Origin: Catajapyx aquilonaris
Taxonomy: Eukaryota
Assembly (NCBI GenBank): GCA_000934665.2
Contig: JYFJ02000810.1
Span: 1-64,000, forward strand
Length of the DNA stretch: 64,000 nt
Direction of reading: 5' to 3'
The position numbers and the translations under genes are program-made. Numbering within the stretch: the stretch's first letter is position 1; each line of letters opens with the position of its first letter. Below, in pieces: positions 28,257-43,100 of the stretch. The notes below the pieces were generated by a model. It was not told the DNA's origin and did no database searches. It was given only the letters and a program-made list of their open reading frames with translations.

Positions 28257-30925
28257 GAACGGGAAGAGTGTACCGCCGAAACTTTTTAGTGCTACACCAC
28301 AAGTCTCCATAAATACTGCCATAAAGTGTCCAAAGAGGAGGGTGTTCCAAAGGGGGGGAGGGAAACATGAAAGGTCTCGAGGCGGTTGTAGCAAAAAAAA
28401 TGGGAAGTTTTGCCTGAGAAGTAGGGCAGAACGAGCAATAAGGACGTGGGCGGTAGAAGACGCTTAACACTTTGAGGTCATTCGGCAAGGACTAAAAGTG
28501 ACGCTGAAACTTTGACAACGTCAGGCCCGATTTCATCTGCAATAAATTTTTGTCAAGAATAAGGTTGACAGATAGTGAAACCAGAACATGTTCTTTGTAA
28601 ATTCATCGGGCGGTCACTTTTTTTTAAGAAGTTATATATATTGCTGTTTACCCCGTAGGCCCTTTCAAGGGGGTGGCATACCACCATTTCGCTCCATTTT
28701 TCTGAATTAACTTAGACGCTATATTATAATTATTGTTAAAAGGCGTCTCTTCGTGTGAATGGGCCTTTAGGTGAGGTGTAGCTGTGTGCCCAGCCAACGC
28801 CCCCCATTTCCCCCCATGAAAATATGACAGTGCAAAAGTGACCGATGGATTGAGGCCGAGGAGTAACCACCTGCTGGAAATAGTTCGAGAGAAAGCCCCG
28901 CGCGATAAGTCTGCACATTAATTTCGTGGTTTTATTGCATGTGCAAATAAGCAAGTGATGTCACTCCCAGGGATCCATATCTCACCTGGTATCGCATTTG
29001 GGCAAAACCTTCCACTCCCTAACCTGGCGTTCGACCTCTTGATCTTCATTACCATAACTATGTGCACTGGCTTACATAAATACGACACATATGGTTAACT
29101 TCCGGGTTAAATGGCGAAACAAAAGCTTCGAGGGGGAAACCAGATCCGCGATGGTATCTGTGTCCATTCTCGGAGGGGTTCCTCAAATTAGCTCCTCATA
29201 TCCGGACAGGTATCAGGATGCTGAGCCCCATGTATTCTTCACTTCATCTCCTCCCACCCTATCTTTGCCAGCAAGGGTGTACATGGACCCTCAGGGGAAT
29301 ATAGGCGGGGCACCCAAAGAACCATTGAGAATGCCTGCAACTAGCGGACCGAATCACTATCTTTTCTTCTCCGTTGGACTCCACCTATGAGACATGTGCG
29401 GCAAATCATCCACTCACACACTACGAAATGACCGAATTGAAGGAGAAGGGGTATCAGTACGCAGGGTCTTAAATTCGGGCGGATTGCTTCACCCACCCAT
29501 TCTCCTGTCTGCATTGTTATTTTTCGCTTCCCACACTTACATACCGGTGCTGGATGTCATTCGGTAATGAGCATACCGATATCGGCTGCTGTTTATTTCT
29601 TTGACGTAATGTTGCTATGTGGCGAACAAGGAGGTTCCAAAGTGGCAATATCGTTGCTTAGTTTACGAGTGGCCTCCAGCCGTCTACGACTCCTAATTGC
29701 AGACTAAACAAAAATGTTGCGAGGAATATACGGCTTCTACACCTAGCAGTCAATTAGGCTGATTGCGGCAAATAGGCACTTTCTGTAAATTCGGTACGAC
29801 TGGGAGGAGTTGCCATATTTCAAGCTTTACTCGGTACCATACAGAGTTTTTGGCGTATATAGGACAGCTTACATAAATTCTGCGCTAGATTGATATCTTG
29901 AAAGCTCATTGTAAGATTTTAATTAAGACCACACTGGGCCAGTCAAACCCTAAAACGCCGTGTAACACCTTACAAGCATTTATGACCTCAAAAAACTAGA
30001 TCGCGAATCCCGCAAAAAAATGAGCAGCTGTGCACATTTGTTGGTGCATTTATTAAACCTGTCTTATTTTGTAGCCGAACGTCAATCGACGCTAGTATCA
30101 GCTCAGTCCATCAGGTCCAAATCGTATGTCCTCCTGCAACAAGACTGGTTTTAATCCCCTGAACCGAACGGATGCAAAGTTGATCTGAAACCAGAATATC
30201 TGATTGGCAAAGATTTTTGCCTAGTGCACTTAGGATCTCCCACCTTCGCATTTAAATTTTGAAAAAAAAGAAAAGAACAGACTTTATAAGGTCGCACCGG
30301 ATTAACGGTCCTTGACGTTTTGGATACAAAAATCCACCTACGAACCTTCCTGAGGAATTCAGGTGGAGTTGTTAGTGGTCATGGTGGTTTATCCGACAGG
30401 GTGGGGGAAGAAAATGGTGTTCATCCTGAAGGCATCACGACATAACTCTTAAGACACTGCTCAAAAGGGATTTTTACTACGAGAGTAACGACAGTACCTG
30501 GACGGGTTACGCCTTAATCATCAGCACTACGATATTTTTCTGTACTTGCCGCCAAGATTTTTTAAGTGGCAGTGAGTCGTTTAATGGGTCGGGACATTCG
30601 TTAACAAAGGCCGTTTTTGTCGTTGTTTCGTTCGGTGCGTATGTGCCACGAGTTTTGATATGTCGGTTGTATGGAGAGTCACGATTTTAGAGGGACCCAT
30701 CCTTCCAATTTGGAACGGGGATAGGGAAGGAAAAAAGGGGGCCAGTTCGTGTTCAGCTTGGCATTATGGGAGGTTGTCACTTGGGCTTATCGAATTAATT
30801 CAGGTAAATCTACACGAAGAAACGGGGTTGATTTGCTAAGGAAGTGATTTTTTTCACATGGTCACAAACGGAAAGTTTCTAAATCCATGTACTGTACACT
30901 AGATCTCAAGAAGTTTCATCAATAA

Positions 30926-31044
30926 TCGCTAAAACAGATATTCGCTAAATCAGATAAGTTATTCGCTAAAACAAGTTCGCTAAACGAAGTTCGCTAAACC
31001 AAGTTCGCTAAACCAAGTTCGCTAAACCAAGTTCGCTAAAACAA
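30926..31044. repeat. Minisatellite, 8 copies of the TCGCTAAA core (unit GTTCGCTAAACCAA)
   Basis: Cores at 30926, 30942, 30963, 30977, 30991, 31005, 31019 and 31033; the last six have an exact 14-bp period. Confidence 0.93.
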
Positions 31045-34000
31045 TTTTCAAATTTTTACCTGAGAGCAACATTGTCACACCAATATTATTTTGTGTCAAG
31101 GGAACTCATGTTGCCAACATTGTTACACCATCTCAATCGTATTTGGCATAAGTGATGTGGTGGAGTAGAGTAAAAATGGTGTCAAGTCCGTGGCAAACAA
31201 TCTCGTGCTAAATATTCGGGTTGTAGCAAAAGGTATATATGCAACATGATGCATTACGTGCAGGACACTTTGTTTACCAGCTATAAAGGGTGGCCTCGCC
31301 TCACAGATGGGATTACCAAGAGTGGAATAGCATTTACTGTCATCTTGAAAAATAATGCTCGGGAGTTGGCGTTATTGCTTTCTTCATGGGTTATTATCAT
31401 CAAACCATGAAGTGATACATTAGCATCGTTCCGACACTATACTAGCTGCTATAAAATACGCAAGAAGTTGCTATGACTTGCACTTCTGATTGCTTTCTGT
31501 CAACTGTATTGGCAGGTGACGGTAGGTAATTGGAAGCGTGCTAGGTTCAAATTACTAGTCCAGATATTTTTGGGAGGTGTGTTCCACGTGCAAAAAATTG
31601 GGACACAAGAGTAGGTCAGTTTTCTCGAAATTTGTACCTGGCTGGATGGACTGGTTAGAATCCCAAAAACGTGACTCTGACTATTTTGCTACATAGTATA
31701 ACTCGTGAACGATACTATAAAAATTTGCTTTGTGAAATCGGCCACAAATGGACCCCTGATTCGTGGCTGAATCTTTTAACGAGTGGCCTTCAATGAGTCG
31801 GGTCACGAAAATCCTTTTTCACTCTTTTACTGCTGGAGTGTTTCCTTTAACTTTATATTCATGGGCATGCACTGTGTCTCACAAGGTCATTGCAAGCAAC
31901 GGTTGAAAAACACGAATTCATGATGTCCCGAATTGGTTTCCGCTCCAGCAGAGGGCCAGACACGTGTAATAAGCTGGAGAAAAACTAGTTACAGAAAAAA
32001 AAAATTCATGACCACTTGATATTCTTAGGAGAGAATCGAAAACTTTTGAACGGCCCGCTTTTTAAAATTAGCGTTCGTTTATGACCCAATGTACATTTTA
32101 TTTGCGTCAAATTAGCCGTATTTTTAAAAGGGGTTGTTGGCTGATTCCATAAAGCTGGATGTGATACTTTACCGTGGTCATTTGCGGTCAACAAACTCGA
32201 GTGCTCTGATTTCTCTTCGGACATTCATTATCCTGCGATGGCCCACATGCCAGTCTGATTTTATCTATATATAATGTTGTGCCATGAAACCAATTCACTT
32301 CTCCATGCGGGCGTATGAATTAAATCATTTGACAGTTGAAACTGGCGGCGATAATTAAAATGGTATCGATATACGCGACAATATTTTTTTAAAAATTGTT
32401 GCGACATACCTTGTGGTAATTGATTACTCGACTGATTGATCACTCACGCCATAGTCGGTTGTGCTATAATGGAAAGTCGCGGAAGTGCATCGTCCACTAA
32501 AGGAACCAGTCCATACCTCCGTAATAACAAATGACTTGCGAAACACGTGACGATGAGAACCCCATTTCATTAATATGCAGCTGAGAGTTGTGCCCGTCAA
32601 TCCCTTTCACACCTAGTTTCCAGGAAGTTCACACCATGTCAGTGTTGCTCACAACCTGGTCAAAGGTTAGGTTCCAGTTGTCAAGAAGCAGATCGTATTT
32701 CCTTGAAAGGAACGGTAGCTGCTATGCTGTTTACTGATACCCCCCAACGGCTATTAGCCATCATTCTGCTCAAATTGGCATCATCAGTTTAGAATGGGAA
32801 TGAACCAAGCCCCTCATACACACCATTAAAGTGCCTCATCACCCCAGGGGAAATTGAATCTTGATCTGAGATCATGAGCACAGCGAAACAGATCGTTAAT
32901 CAAACTAGCCGCCATTTTGTTCAACTTTTCAATCAACTCGACATTCATCGAATAGAACCGCTGAGTGAAAACTAAACTTTTCTATACAATTCTATAGTAC
33001 ATATTGGAGAATTGTGTCGATACCATCTGCGCAGTTCGCCATTTGCAATAGAGGCCACGAAAGTGTAAGGCCACCCAAGGGGTTTTTATCTCATTCGCTG
33101 CGTAATTTAGGATTATACTCCATGGGAAACAAAAGGAGCGATAAATCTCAGGATTTGGCCTCTGAAGTAAACAGATCTCCAGTCACGTTCTTTTTCCTCC
33201 TTGTTTGTCGGTGGATTAAATGCCTCCGGAAGAAAAATGGCTGCCTGTCTGCATATCCTCCCGATAGTTTCCCGTTATTTGGCTAGAAAATTTTTGCGAC
33301 AAATTTTGGCGACGAAACGTCGTGACATATTTTTTTTTTGAATAGAATTATCATTAGTCAGAATTTCAATCGTGCGTGAAAAAGACAAGGAGATAATTTT
33401 TGTCTCAGGTTATGAAATTGTTGCCATGCCCTCTTTTCAGATGTCACTAATAAAATAGTGGGTCTGTAATAAACATTTCAGTATGGGGTTGGGATTGAAA
33501 AGTGTTACATGTGGAAGTTTGCTCAGTGAGGGCAGAGATGATCATCTTCACCTCAATTGGTGGGGGGGTTTAAAAACGGGCTACGTGCCGAAAGGGGGTT
33601 GTCACAACAATATCCGAGGCGTTAAAGAAATATCCGAGTGTTGCTTCTCAGCTGCATTTCAACGTCAGGATGCGATTTCCATAGATTCGCTTCAGAGAAC
33701 AAGTCCTTGACAGCTATAAAGATTACCTGACTGAAATTCGCATGGTGAAATCCTACAAGCCGGCAAAGCTTCTTTAGATCGTGGCAATTCGCTTTGTATG
33801 ACGAGAATGATTAATTAGCGAATTTTCAAAATCAACACTTTGTGGCACGCCTGTTCAGTAATTGCATATGATGCGTTGCGAAACCCATACCTTGGAGGTG
33901 TATCCACGCAGAAAGCTGCATATTGTGCGAGGGCAGGGAAGGGTCATTGCCCACTGTCCATACTGCGTATTCATGATACTATTATTTAAAAAAGAGCAAA

Positions 34001-34061
34001 GTTTAAGCCTATTGTATCCTGATGCTAGACAACCACCACTTCACTTGGGGTTCGCTCTAGG

Positions 34062-34165
34062 CAGAGCTGGGCAAGCTAACCGAAATTTTCAGCTAATCCA
34101 ACTTCCGCTAACAGCTAATTCGGTTAGTAAACCATGGGCGGCGCTAAATTGCTAATGATAAACAG
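34062..34165. mobile_element. Possible MITE end remnant with GCTAA sub-repeats
   Basis: Starts cagagctgggcaagctaac, has clustered gctaa motifs and an internal inverted pair ctaaccgaa/ttcggttag (34076-34127); no matching second TIR. Confidence 0.3.
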
Positions 34166-37100
34166 CTAGAATGATTAGGGGGGTTTCCACTAACCTTTCT
34201 AGCTGATATTTGGAGGAATTAGCTCAGCATGACGTAATTTATGAACGACCCCTCAGCTCTTCTATTAAAACCAGACCTTGGGCTATGTCTTTGACCGTTG
34301 CATGATTGCTGGTCACAAAAATAGGTGTAGTCTCATTTGAACGGCAACCATGATATCATCCGCGAAACCTGGACAATGACCGCGCCTGGCACACGTTCCT
34401 CAACACCCACAGTCGAGCCGGTACGTCTCATTAGAGTCCAAAGTGGCGACCTCCCAGGGTTCGAGGAAGTAGGTGACATGCACTTGGGGGTCGGTGTGAC
34501 ATTGGGCATCGTGGGAGCGAGGCCTTGGGACAGACAGGAATGCTCACGTGCGCGACAGGCAATTTCTGCATATTGGTGTGGCATCCATGAGATGATCCGA
34601 CCTTGGCAGTCCGCGGATCCTGAGACAATAACCCACTTTCCCAAAAGGGAACGTGCCGGCGATGGCCTTCCTATATGGAAGAGCCTGATGGTATTTCAAA
34701 TCACCGGCAGAAGCACCTTCTTCCGACTGATGTTAGTCTTCCAGATGGCACCTTTCCAAAACCGTCCAGCTTCTGAGTTATTGTCCGTTTGTATAATTAA
34801 TGGTTGAAGTGACATATTAGTGACGTCAAGTAATTTGTTTCGTCTTTCTCTGGTTTTTAGTAAAGATGGGCACAGCATGGGGTTGCAAAACCCGATTCTT
34901 GTGACAAATATTATGTAGAGTACACCCCACTCAAGTTTTGCGGTCTTCACGCTCTGATTGGTAAATGTCTCCCAGGTTTTTACGAGCAAGAAATCAACGG
35001 CTGGGGCAGAGCGGCCCCAAAAATCTGTGTTAATTGCAATTGATATGTCCTTGCCATTTTTACTTGCGGTCGTAAACGGGGTGAAAACGTCATACCGATC
35101 GACTAGTGATAGAAATCCAGTTATGGACGCTCTATCTCAGATTGTTCGTCTGGACAAACCAGTGCCAATAGCTCCTCAGTAAAGGAAACCAAGGACGTAA
35201 AGGGAATTGAACTTCCCCATGTCCTTTGATGAAACGGTGCGGGAAAATTCGGTATTGGCACAGAACAACTTTTTTTTTTTATTCGTTGTTTTATGAGACA
35301 AAATTGAATATATTTTTTCGCGGTTGGTTTATTGTGACTTGCACCTAGGTGAGGGTACATGTGTAATAAAACCAGTATAATCGTTATTTATTTGACTTTT
35401 TGGAGAAAAACCTGTCCTTTGTGCGTGTTGTCGGGGCAAGTGCTGCCAGGACATGGAAGGGCGTATTTTGCGGGTGCGACACTTTTTGCGACATTGGACA
35501 TAGTTATTTGAAATGCCTCGTTATCATGACTGTGAAAATTTCATTACAGCACTGGCCGCCATAATGGGTCAATAAATCCTTTAAAATAGACAACAGTTGA
35601 AACGACCTTGCCGAACGTTTAATACGGTACCGGCAGTTTATAAATCATGTCGGTTTATGTTCAAAAACCATCCGCACCCACCGCTAATTAGGGTTATCTC
35701 CCCATCCCTTATATCCAGTCATCCGGATAAATAATGTCCATCAACCGCCCAATCAGCTTCCATAAAACTTCTTTTTTTTAATTATTGGTCATACTATGTT
35801 TCAGGGAGTCTAGTAACTATGCAGATTGTTCCAAGTTTTATAGCCGTATAACAAGCTTGTACATATAACTACGGACACCGAGTACAACGGGTATGACGTG
35901 CAAATTTAAATGACGATTCTTTGCATGAATTAACCAATCGTTGATGGTTGATTGCCACAGACAGGTTGCGTGTAGTTCCCGGCACATACAGGCGCCAAAC
36001 CAGTCCTTTACACAAAAATTATGCCAGCAAACACACCAGGGGGGGATTTTATCAAGCCAAAAATTGCTATTGACCTTCGAAGGATTTTATGCAATGTTTC
36101 AGCCGGCAACAATAAAAAAAATGAAGGTCGTTGTCTGATTTTTTTTTTTCTTTCAAAAGGTAATGGCGTGTCATTTCCACTTCTGGGTACTGGGCAAGGT
36201 CGAACTAAATTCCATCCTGTTTCTGGTGTGTGACGTTGACCAAATATTAACGGATGTTTAAAATGTAATATAAATACGGTATCACAAGACTGCCCATTTG
36301 AATATTTTTTTCTGTAAAATAAATGTTACAAAAAAATTTGGCATTAAAATCAACTGGTTCTGTGACAGACAACTGGTATATTGAAAACCCTGTTTGCTCA
36401 TCGAATAGCAAGTTTGAAATTCCAAATGCGTAAGTTGAAATAAAGAAGCCGGCATAAAACGCAGGAAAAGGGGCATAAAAACGTAGTAATGTTTCTAGAA
36501 CGGCTTCTGTAATTGAAAAACTTTCCTGCTCATTATTCTGTTTTGACGGTTAAAACTTCCTCCGTGATTTACGAGCCAGTACTAGCAAAAGATTCATTAC
36601 ATTCTTATGGGATCTTTGTATAAATTAAGTAACACGTCTCACGCGAGGTAACGGTATGGTCTAGGGTTGAAGCCTTGTAACATATTCCTTACATGGAACC
36701 CCCACTAAATTTGAGCGATAACTACACTCCGGCCCACTCTGGTTGAAAAATGAGAAAAACCTAAGCAGAAAATTGTGTCCTATGGCGTCATCCATGAACC
36801 AGGTTTTAATTAAAACCAGCTTTGTCACCATGTAGCTAAAACCTCGCCCATATTAGGACACATGCCTTTTGTTTAGACGCCAGTAAATCGGTGTCAGAAA
36901 AACGCCAGGCGTGAAATTGTAGATCTAGTTCCATCTATTGCCAACCATGTTGGGCGCCTTTTTTTGAATGTCATCCGTAGCCTTTCCAATCAGAGGGCAA
37001 TTGTCTTAGGTGAAGTCTAGTGCATGTGAAGTAATCTCACCTGACGTCGGATTCATGTCAGCGGGAACAATGCACGTCAGACCAAGACATGCAGAATGCG

Positions 37101-40100
37101 GCCAAAAGTTATGGGCTCAGGCAGCTAAGTGTTGGCCATTTTGCTGGGGTCATTTTCCCAAGGCAGATTTTCACCCAAGTCAAAAGGTTGATGAGGAAAA
37201 CGGTACACAGTCGGGGGAAAAAAAAGCGTTTCAATTAAGCGCAATGACAAGTCCATTGAAACAAACGCCCATTAGCAACTCATTACTATCCATGACGTAG
37301 CCACTGGTTGAAAAAAAAATTGAAGAAGACATATGTCAAGTATGATTTAGAGCTCTTAATCCTGGAGCACCTGGAGAGTACTAATTAGAGCGGACTTGGA
37401 GAAATGCCACTAATTTGAGGCAGTACCTGGTGCGAGCTCCATTGCCGAAGGGGCATCCATCTTGGATGTGACAGGTGAAAAGAAGGCAAGCTGATAAGCA
37501 AGCAGCCTCTGGAATACGCCTGCCAACAGGATACAAAGTTCTGCAAGACAGTACGGCCTTCCCAATTTGCGGAGACGTGGGGCTAATGGCTCCTAATGCC
37601 GATCTTGCCACACTCGTTTTTCGCGCCATTTTTTCCCGCCATTTTTTATCCGCCAGCAACCTTTGTAACCGAATCGGATTTGTTAGAGTAAAAAAAATTA
37701 TAGTGATGGTATGCGGAAACTATAGATCCGGGTTTTGATGTGCCAGGTCTGGGTTATGACGAGTGTAGGTCAGGCGGTTGGGGCAGGTATGACCAAGAGC
37801 GGTATGACCTAGTCATAATTAAGGTGACATGAGTGTGCGATAAATCAGCTAATCCGGACGTACCGATGGATATTGTGTAGATTAAGCCGTAATTGACCCT
37901 TTCAGCATTTGGTGCACAATTCCGAACAGAAGCTGCGGGATTAATCTCAGCATCTCCTCGCTTGTCCAGAAAACGCACTCGTTTTGAACTAAACCGAGAC
38001 AGGCTTTAACACTAATGGGCTCAAGCACGCAAGACTCGTAAAACCTCAAGACGTTGTTTTTATCCTCGTGCTGAGAAGTTTCCCGTGTACCGTACCTGAT
38101 GAACTACCGGCTATTCTTTGCTAATGAGCTGCTTTTGAAGGAAAGTGCATACATTTTTTTTTACCCTTGTCCAAAAAAAAAAAATCACATTCAATTGGAA
38201 GTTGATTGTATCAACAATCACTACCTAGAATGATGGGTATGAACTTTCCAGGTGGAGGTCAGGGCAAAGTTCCCCCTTCACATTACCTCCAGAAGCTTCA
38301 TCAATCGCAATGAATCCATTTCTGAGTAATCGTCCGCTTATAACTATGATTTCGGGTATGAATAACAATGAGTGGCCATAATTCATCAGGGGTGATCATT
38401 CATTCTCTTACCAAAACAAAAAGGAGGCTCTTCTGACCATGTTTGGCTCGACACAGCCTATTGTCCGCATGCATGAGACAAGTTAAACGCCAGGAAAAAT
38501 ATGGCCTCACTTCGATGCACATTTGTCTTGATGGCGGAAGGACAACAAAAAGTGGATTTGCGACCAAGTAGCCATGTTCCTTCACAAAATCTGCTCCTCA
38601 CGAATTGAATCCTTTAAAAGGAATGTAGCTATTTGGCTGCCTATCACGCAATTCGACCTGTCGTCTGCTGCTGGGGAGTCGGCATGAATCTTTTCGAGGA
38701 ATGTGGACTGACCCACATATGAGCCCGTTACCCGAATTATAGTATCTATCTTGGTATCTAGGCTGCTTCTGGACATTGTCAGTCAACTGGTTGGTAAAGG
38801 GGGGTGATGAGGATTTATCTGGTGCTAAATCGACTGGCACCTAAGTTGTAAGGGCACTGGTAGGTGCTCCTGGTCTTACCCGCCTGGACAGGATGCCAAG
38901 AATGAATATGCCTAACCACCCTTTACCTGAATTACCTTCAGAAAGTCAACGAGTAGTATAAAAAAATTTGGTTGACAGCCTTCAGTCTAGACATGTCGGA
39001 AATACCTAGGTTTGTCCATTATTTATTGTTTCGTGAGGTTGTTTACACCTGGGGACATCTCGCACTGGTCATTAATTAAATAATAAAAGTGTGTTATTTT
39101 CGGTGGCTACCAGTCCATTAAAGCTTGTTTACAGTGATAAATCGTATGCGAGAAGACCATTATTTATGTCCCGCCTTAAGCAAATATTTGCGTAAATTCT
39201 GGCTACTTATCCGGAAAAAAGTAGGTGTCGCATCAGTCGCAACTTTTTAATACGAAGTAGACAAATGAGCTGGACTTGCCAAAAAAAAATGGGCCTGAGG
39301 GTTGTCCTGACGCAATGGTTGACCAAAGTGGAACGCAGGACTTGAGGTGATTGCACCAGGAGGGGTACACACATGTATGCGAGTCATAAGTCATCTTAGG
39401 AGGACCTCTCATGGGGTTTTTCATGGTCGGAGATAGACGCGGTTGGAGACACCCCCATTCATCCATCCTATATTTTTTATTTTTTTATTTTCAAAAAAAA
39501 TGCCTGGGGGTCTTGAAAATAGCAGGTTCGCACTTCTTACTCGTCCGGCAGGTACTGGTTGAGGTTGACTTGAATTGATTCCGATACTTATGAAACTGGA
39601 ATCTAGGGAGCGCTCCTCCGGCACTTTGGGTGAAAGTCGTTAGGAAAGAGCGCTGCTGTCCAAGAGGGCAACCGGTCATAACTCAGGTGAGGAATATATA
39701 ATAAAAAAATACGTGGCTACGAGACCCACATCTTCAGTGGGAAGGATCGAAAGTGATTAATAAAGAGCGTTAGTATACCGCACAATTTGTGAGGGCGATG
39801 GGAACCGGTTGGGTCCTATACAACACTTGACCGCAAATATGACCACGCACTTCCTCATTGAATGATGTATCCAGCGATTTGTGGGACTATAGTGTCCCCA
39901 AACGGAAGGTCGGGAAATTATGATCCATCTGTCGGCCGGACTAGGAATTACGGTTCAAAATGCAGGGATTTCTGAAGCAATTTGCATGTCCAAATTTGGG
40001 CTTGTTGACGGCGGGGTTAGACAAAGGGTTAAACTGCAAGGTCACTAATGTGCAGATTGATCAATTGGAATCGTTCCCACCCACACTGGTCGAGAGTGAT

Positions 40101-43100
40101 CGGCACAAATCAACTTCCTTTACATACCTAATATTCGCATGATTCGCAATTTGCAGGACATCATTTGGAAATAATCCCTTACATTTGAAGGGGAAGTCAA
40201 CAAAAAAGTGGAAATTCCTCCTCTGAATATAATCTGAGATGCACGATGTGAAACCCCCCCATCATACACTTCCCATCAGAGCTGATCCCAACAATCAAGC
40301 TTTCCACACCGCACTGAGCATTTGTATACAAAGTGACAGGTGGGTTGTACGAGAACAAACCCGGCCGGATTAGGGTCATCTCATAAAGGCCTGTTGGCGT
40401 CAATACCAAAGAAAAAATGAAGGAAAAGAAGAGACAGAAACACGCCCAACTGCACATGCAGATGTTAGGACAAGACATGAATTGCCGCGCCTTCCTTTAC
40501 CAGATTCCGAGCATATTCCTCTGTTGCAGAAGCCCCTTTCCCTCTCTCTAGATTCATTTATCTGAAGTTGCCATCGACTCACAAATCGTGGCCTGCTTGT
40601 CCTTAAGATGGTCTATCAGTTGGAGGTGAAGATTCCACTTTGGTCAGGAAGAAAAAAATAAAAAAGGAAAGGCAGTCTTCATAAATTACGGGAAAACCAT
40701 TTATAGGTCGCTTACACTGAAATTATTTAATGTGAAGTTAGAAAGTGAGGAGGGGCTTGGACTGACGCTAAGTATAGCCTTAAATATTGTGGACATAACC
40801 GAATGGGTTGTATATAATTATGGGGTGGCCTCGGGTACCATTACAAATGAATGCAGAGTAAAAGCAAAACCTGCCGGCCACCCATAGCTGGCTTTATGAA
40901 TATTCAAAAATTGTTTTCTTATTTATAATTTCTGTAAGAAATATTTTACCCGAAGGCGGCGTGAACTATTAACCTAAGAAAGACATAAAAGTGACACGAT
41001 TCCTACACGAGCTGATATGTGGTTAGGCATGTTAACTTGGGCAATAACACTCTTGGTTCACACAAGCAATAAAAAATACGGGCTGCCAGGTAAATGCTGG
41101 AGTTTCTTCCTGGTCAATTTCACTGGCTGACAACGACCGTGAGCCACTAGGGCACTGTTTCATCGCTATCACGATTTGTGCTGCCGCAATATTTTACAAT
41201 ACCCATATGCGTAAGTTTTTAGGGAGGGCTATAAAAGCAAGGACTAGGTTTATCAAGGAAACAGATATCTCCGTCGGACAGCTTCATTTCTTTTTTACAT
41301 GATCGCCCACAGGCTGCGGCTTTCTCGAGATATTTCCTGAACCTTCCTTAACCTACCTGCTGGGAACTTGTTCCTCGGGCAGGTGCATCAGCATGTACAT
41401 ATCTCTTTTTAAAATCAAAAAAATATATACGTACCGGTAGTACTGTGCTGTGAGTGTAAAGCCCTATGAACATGAGGCATGACGAACAAATCGCGGATTA
41501 ATTGTTTTCAGCTTAAACGTGAGTATCCGATGTATGAGGACAGGTGTGAATAAATAGCAGCTTAATGAGCGTGTGAAGTCATTGCGTCACTGATGAGATT
41601 TCCCCCACTGTTAGAACAGGTCTTCCCACTTTGAGCTGGATGAAGATTAACTGTTATAGTCATCATTGAATCACAGTAGACCACCGTGTCCACTGTCATT
41701 TGTCTCATAAAGCATCCTATGCAAACCTACTCCTCAGGTGGTTCACACCACGTTTAAATAACCCGCCCATGAAAGTCAATTTGATTCACCTTGATTTTTC
41801 CGAAAAAAATCGTGACATACCTCTTTCCACCATGTTGCCAATGGGTTTTATTGTGGGCATCAAAATATAATTTATTCTCCTCTTCCATTAGGAGAGTGCA
41901 ACAGCGAAGGTCTTTTTTATACTAAGATAGGGAGTGTCCTTTCTGTTGTGTCCGGGGAGGGTTTTTGCTCCTTCCCCCATTGAAACGCTCTGTTTGTTGT
42001 TAATAATTTTTATCGCAAATGAAGGTCGCTGGCTAATTAATTAAGGCCGGTCCTTGAAGGTCGGACGATTTTCTGGACATACGGTAGTTCGCCCTTGAAT
42101 CCGGTCTCATCACAATAGCGAAAATTTTTGTTGCACCCGGTGGCATCTATAACCTCCATAATTTCTTAGGGCTGCGATCTTGAAGAAAAGTGGCTTCACG
42201 CTGGGCCAGTGTGGCAGTAAATTACTCGCCTGACTTGGTGTGCAGCATGTAAATGCGCACGTTTCCATCAGCAGGATATAAAGAAGCGGCGGTTCTTATG
42301 ACAACATTTACTGCAATGACACGAGTACACCTCTGCGGGCTGCGATCCTCACCTTTTTTCTTCTCTCATTGCGCAACTGTCATGCGATAAATGACTCCTT
42401 TCATCGCTTTACTCCAACCGAATATTACTCCGCAATTTGTGCCAGCAGGTGTGAAAAAAGAAGAAAAAAAAAGTGGACATGTGACACAAATGCTTGTAAC
42501 TGAGATTGCATAAATCAGTTGTGGCACAAGAACGGGTCATAAATCGCGGGGTTGCAGATCTATCCTAATCGTGAACAAGTGCAGGCATAGGTGCGACACA
42601 CTTCCATTGAGCTCTGATGTCTATCGAATACTAATGCACAGCTTGGGTGGAATGTAATATGCTTGTACACAATCGCAAATAAACCTCATTTCTAATGGAT
42701 GGAATGATGGTGCTAGTTTGTCCAGTTTCTGGGACTTCTTTAATGGCCGTTTCTATGCTGCTACTTTGCATTAAACTTGTGGGCTTTTTATGTCAGTCAG
42801 AATTTGAATGATACTTATTAGTTGGTCGTCTCACTTTTAGTTTGCATCACCTAGTTCGCAAAATAAGCCAGGGGTCCGGTTCCTCTATTACTTATATTTC
42901 AATTGGGTCCCCAGATTATTTGGTCAAATAATGGGTGGGCCAATTTTTTTAAATATATATTTTTTTCATAATTTAATAATTTCTCCTGGACCTTATTTTT
43001 TCCTGGCACAATTTGGTTGTATCACGCACACCGCATTTCCCAACAGGCCACCCTGAAGTATTGTCTTAATCGAGCGAAACGTGCAATACTCATAAAGGTA

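Noticed and set aside
27808..28467. 219-aa (+) and 167-aa (-) Arg-rich ORFs
   Set aside because: Shadows of the GC-rich MITE; the same peptide PSHTRRNLRTEIPVR appears on both strands because of the TIRs, and there are no transposase motifs
30926..31044. CRISPR-like appearance of the short repeat arrays (also 10346-10474)
   Set aside because: Head-to-tail units with no unique spacers, no cas genes, eukaryotic context
34337..34807. 156-aa ORF in a GC-richer patch
   Set aside because: No ATG start, no recognisable domain, no convincing splice sites
41501..41524. Possible 7-nt microexon (ttttcAG|cttaaac|GTGAGT)
   Set aside because: Short pyrimidine tract; such matches are expected by chance in 40 kb and there is no supporting evidence
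42648..42662. tggaatgtaa matching the miR-1 5' end (and tgagatca, bantam seed, near 32867)
   Set aside because: Only seed-length matches; the rest of the mature sequence and a precursor hairpin are absent
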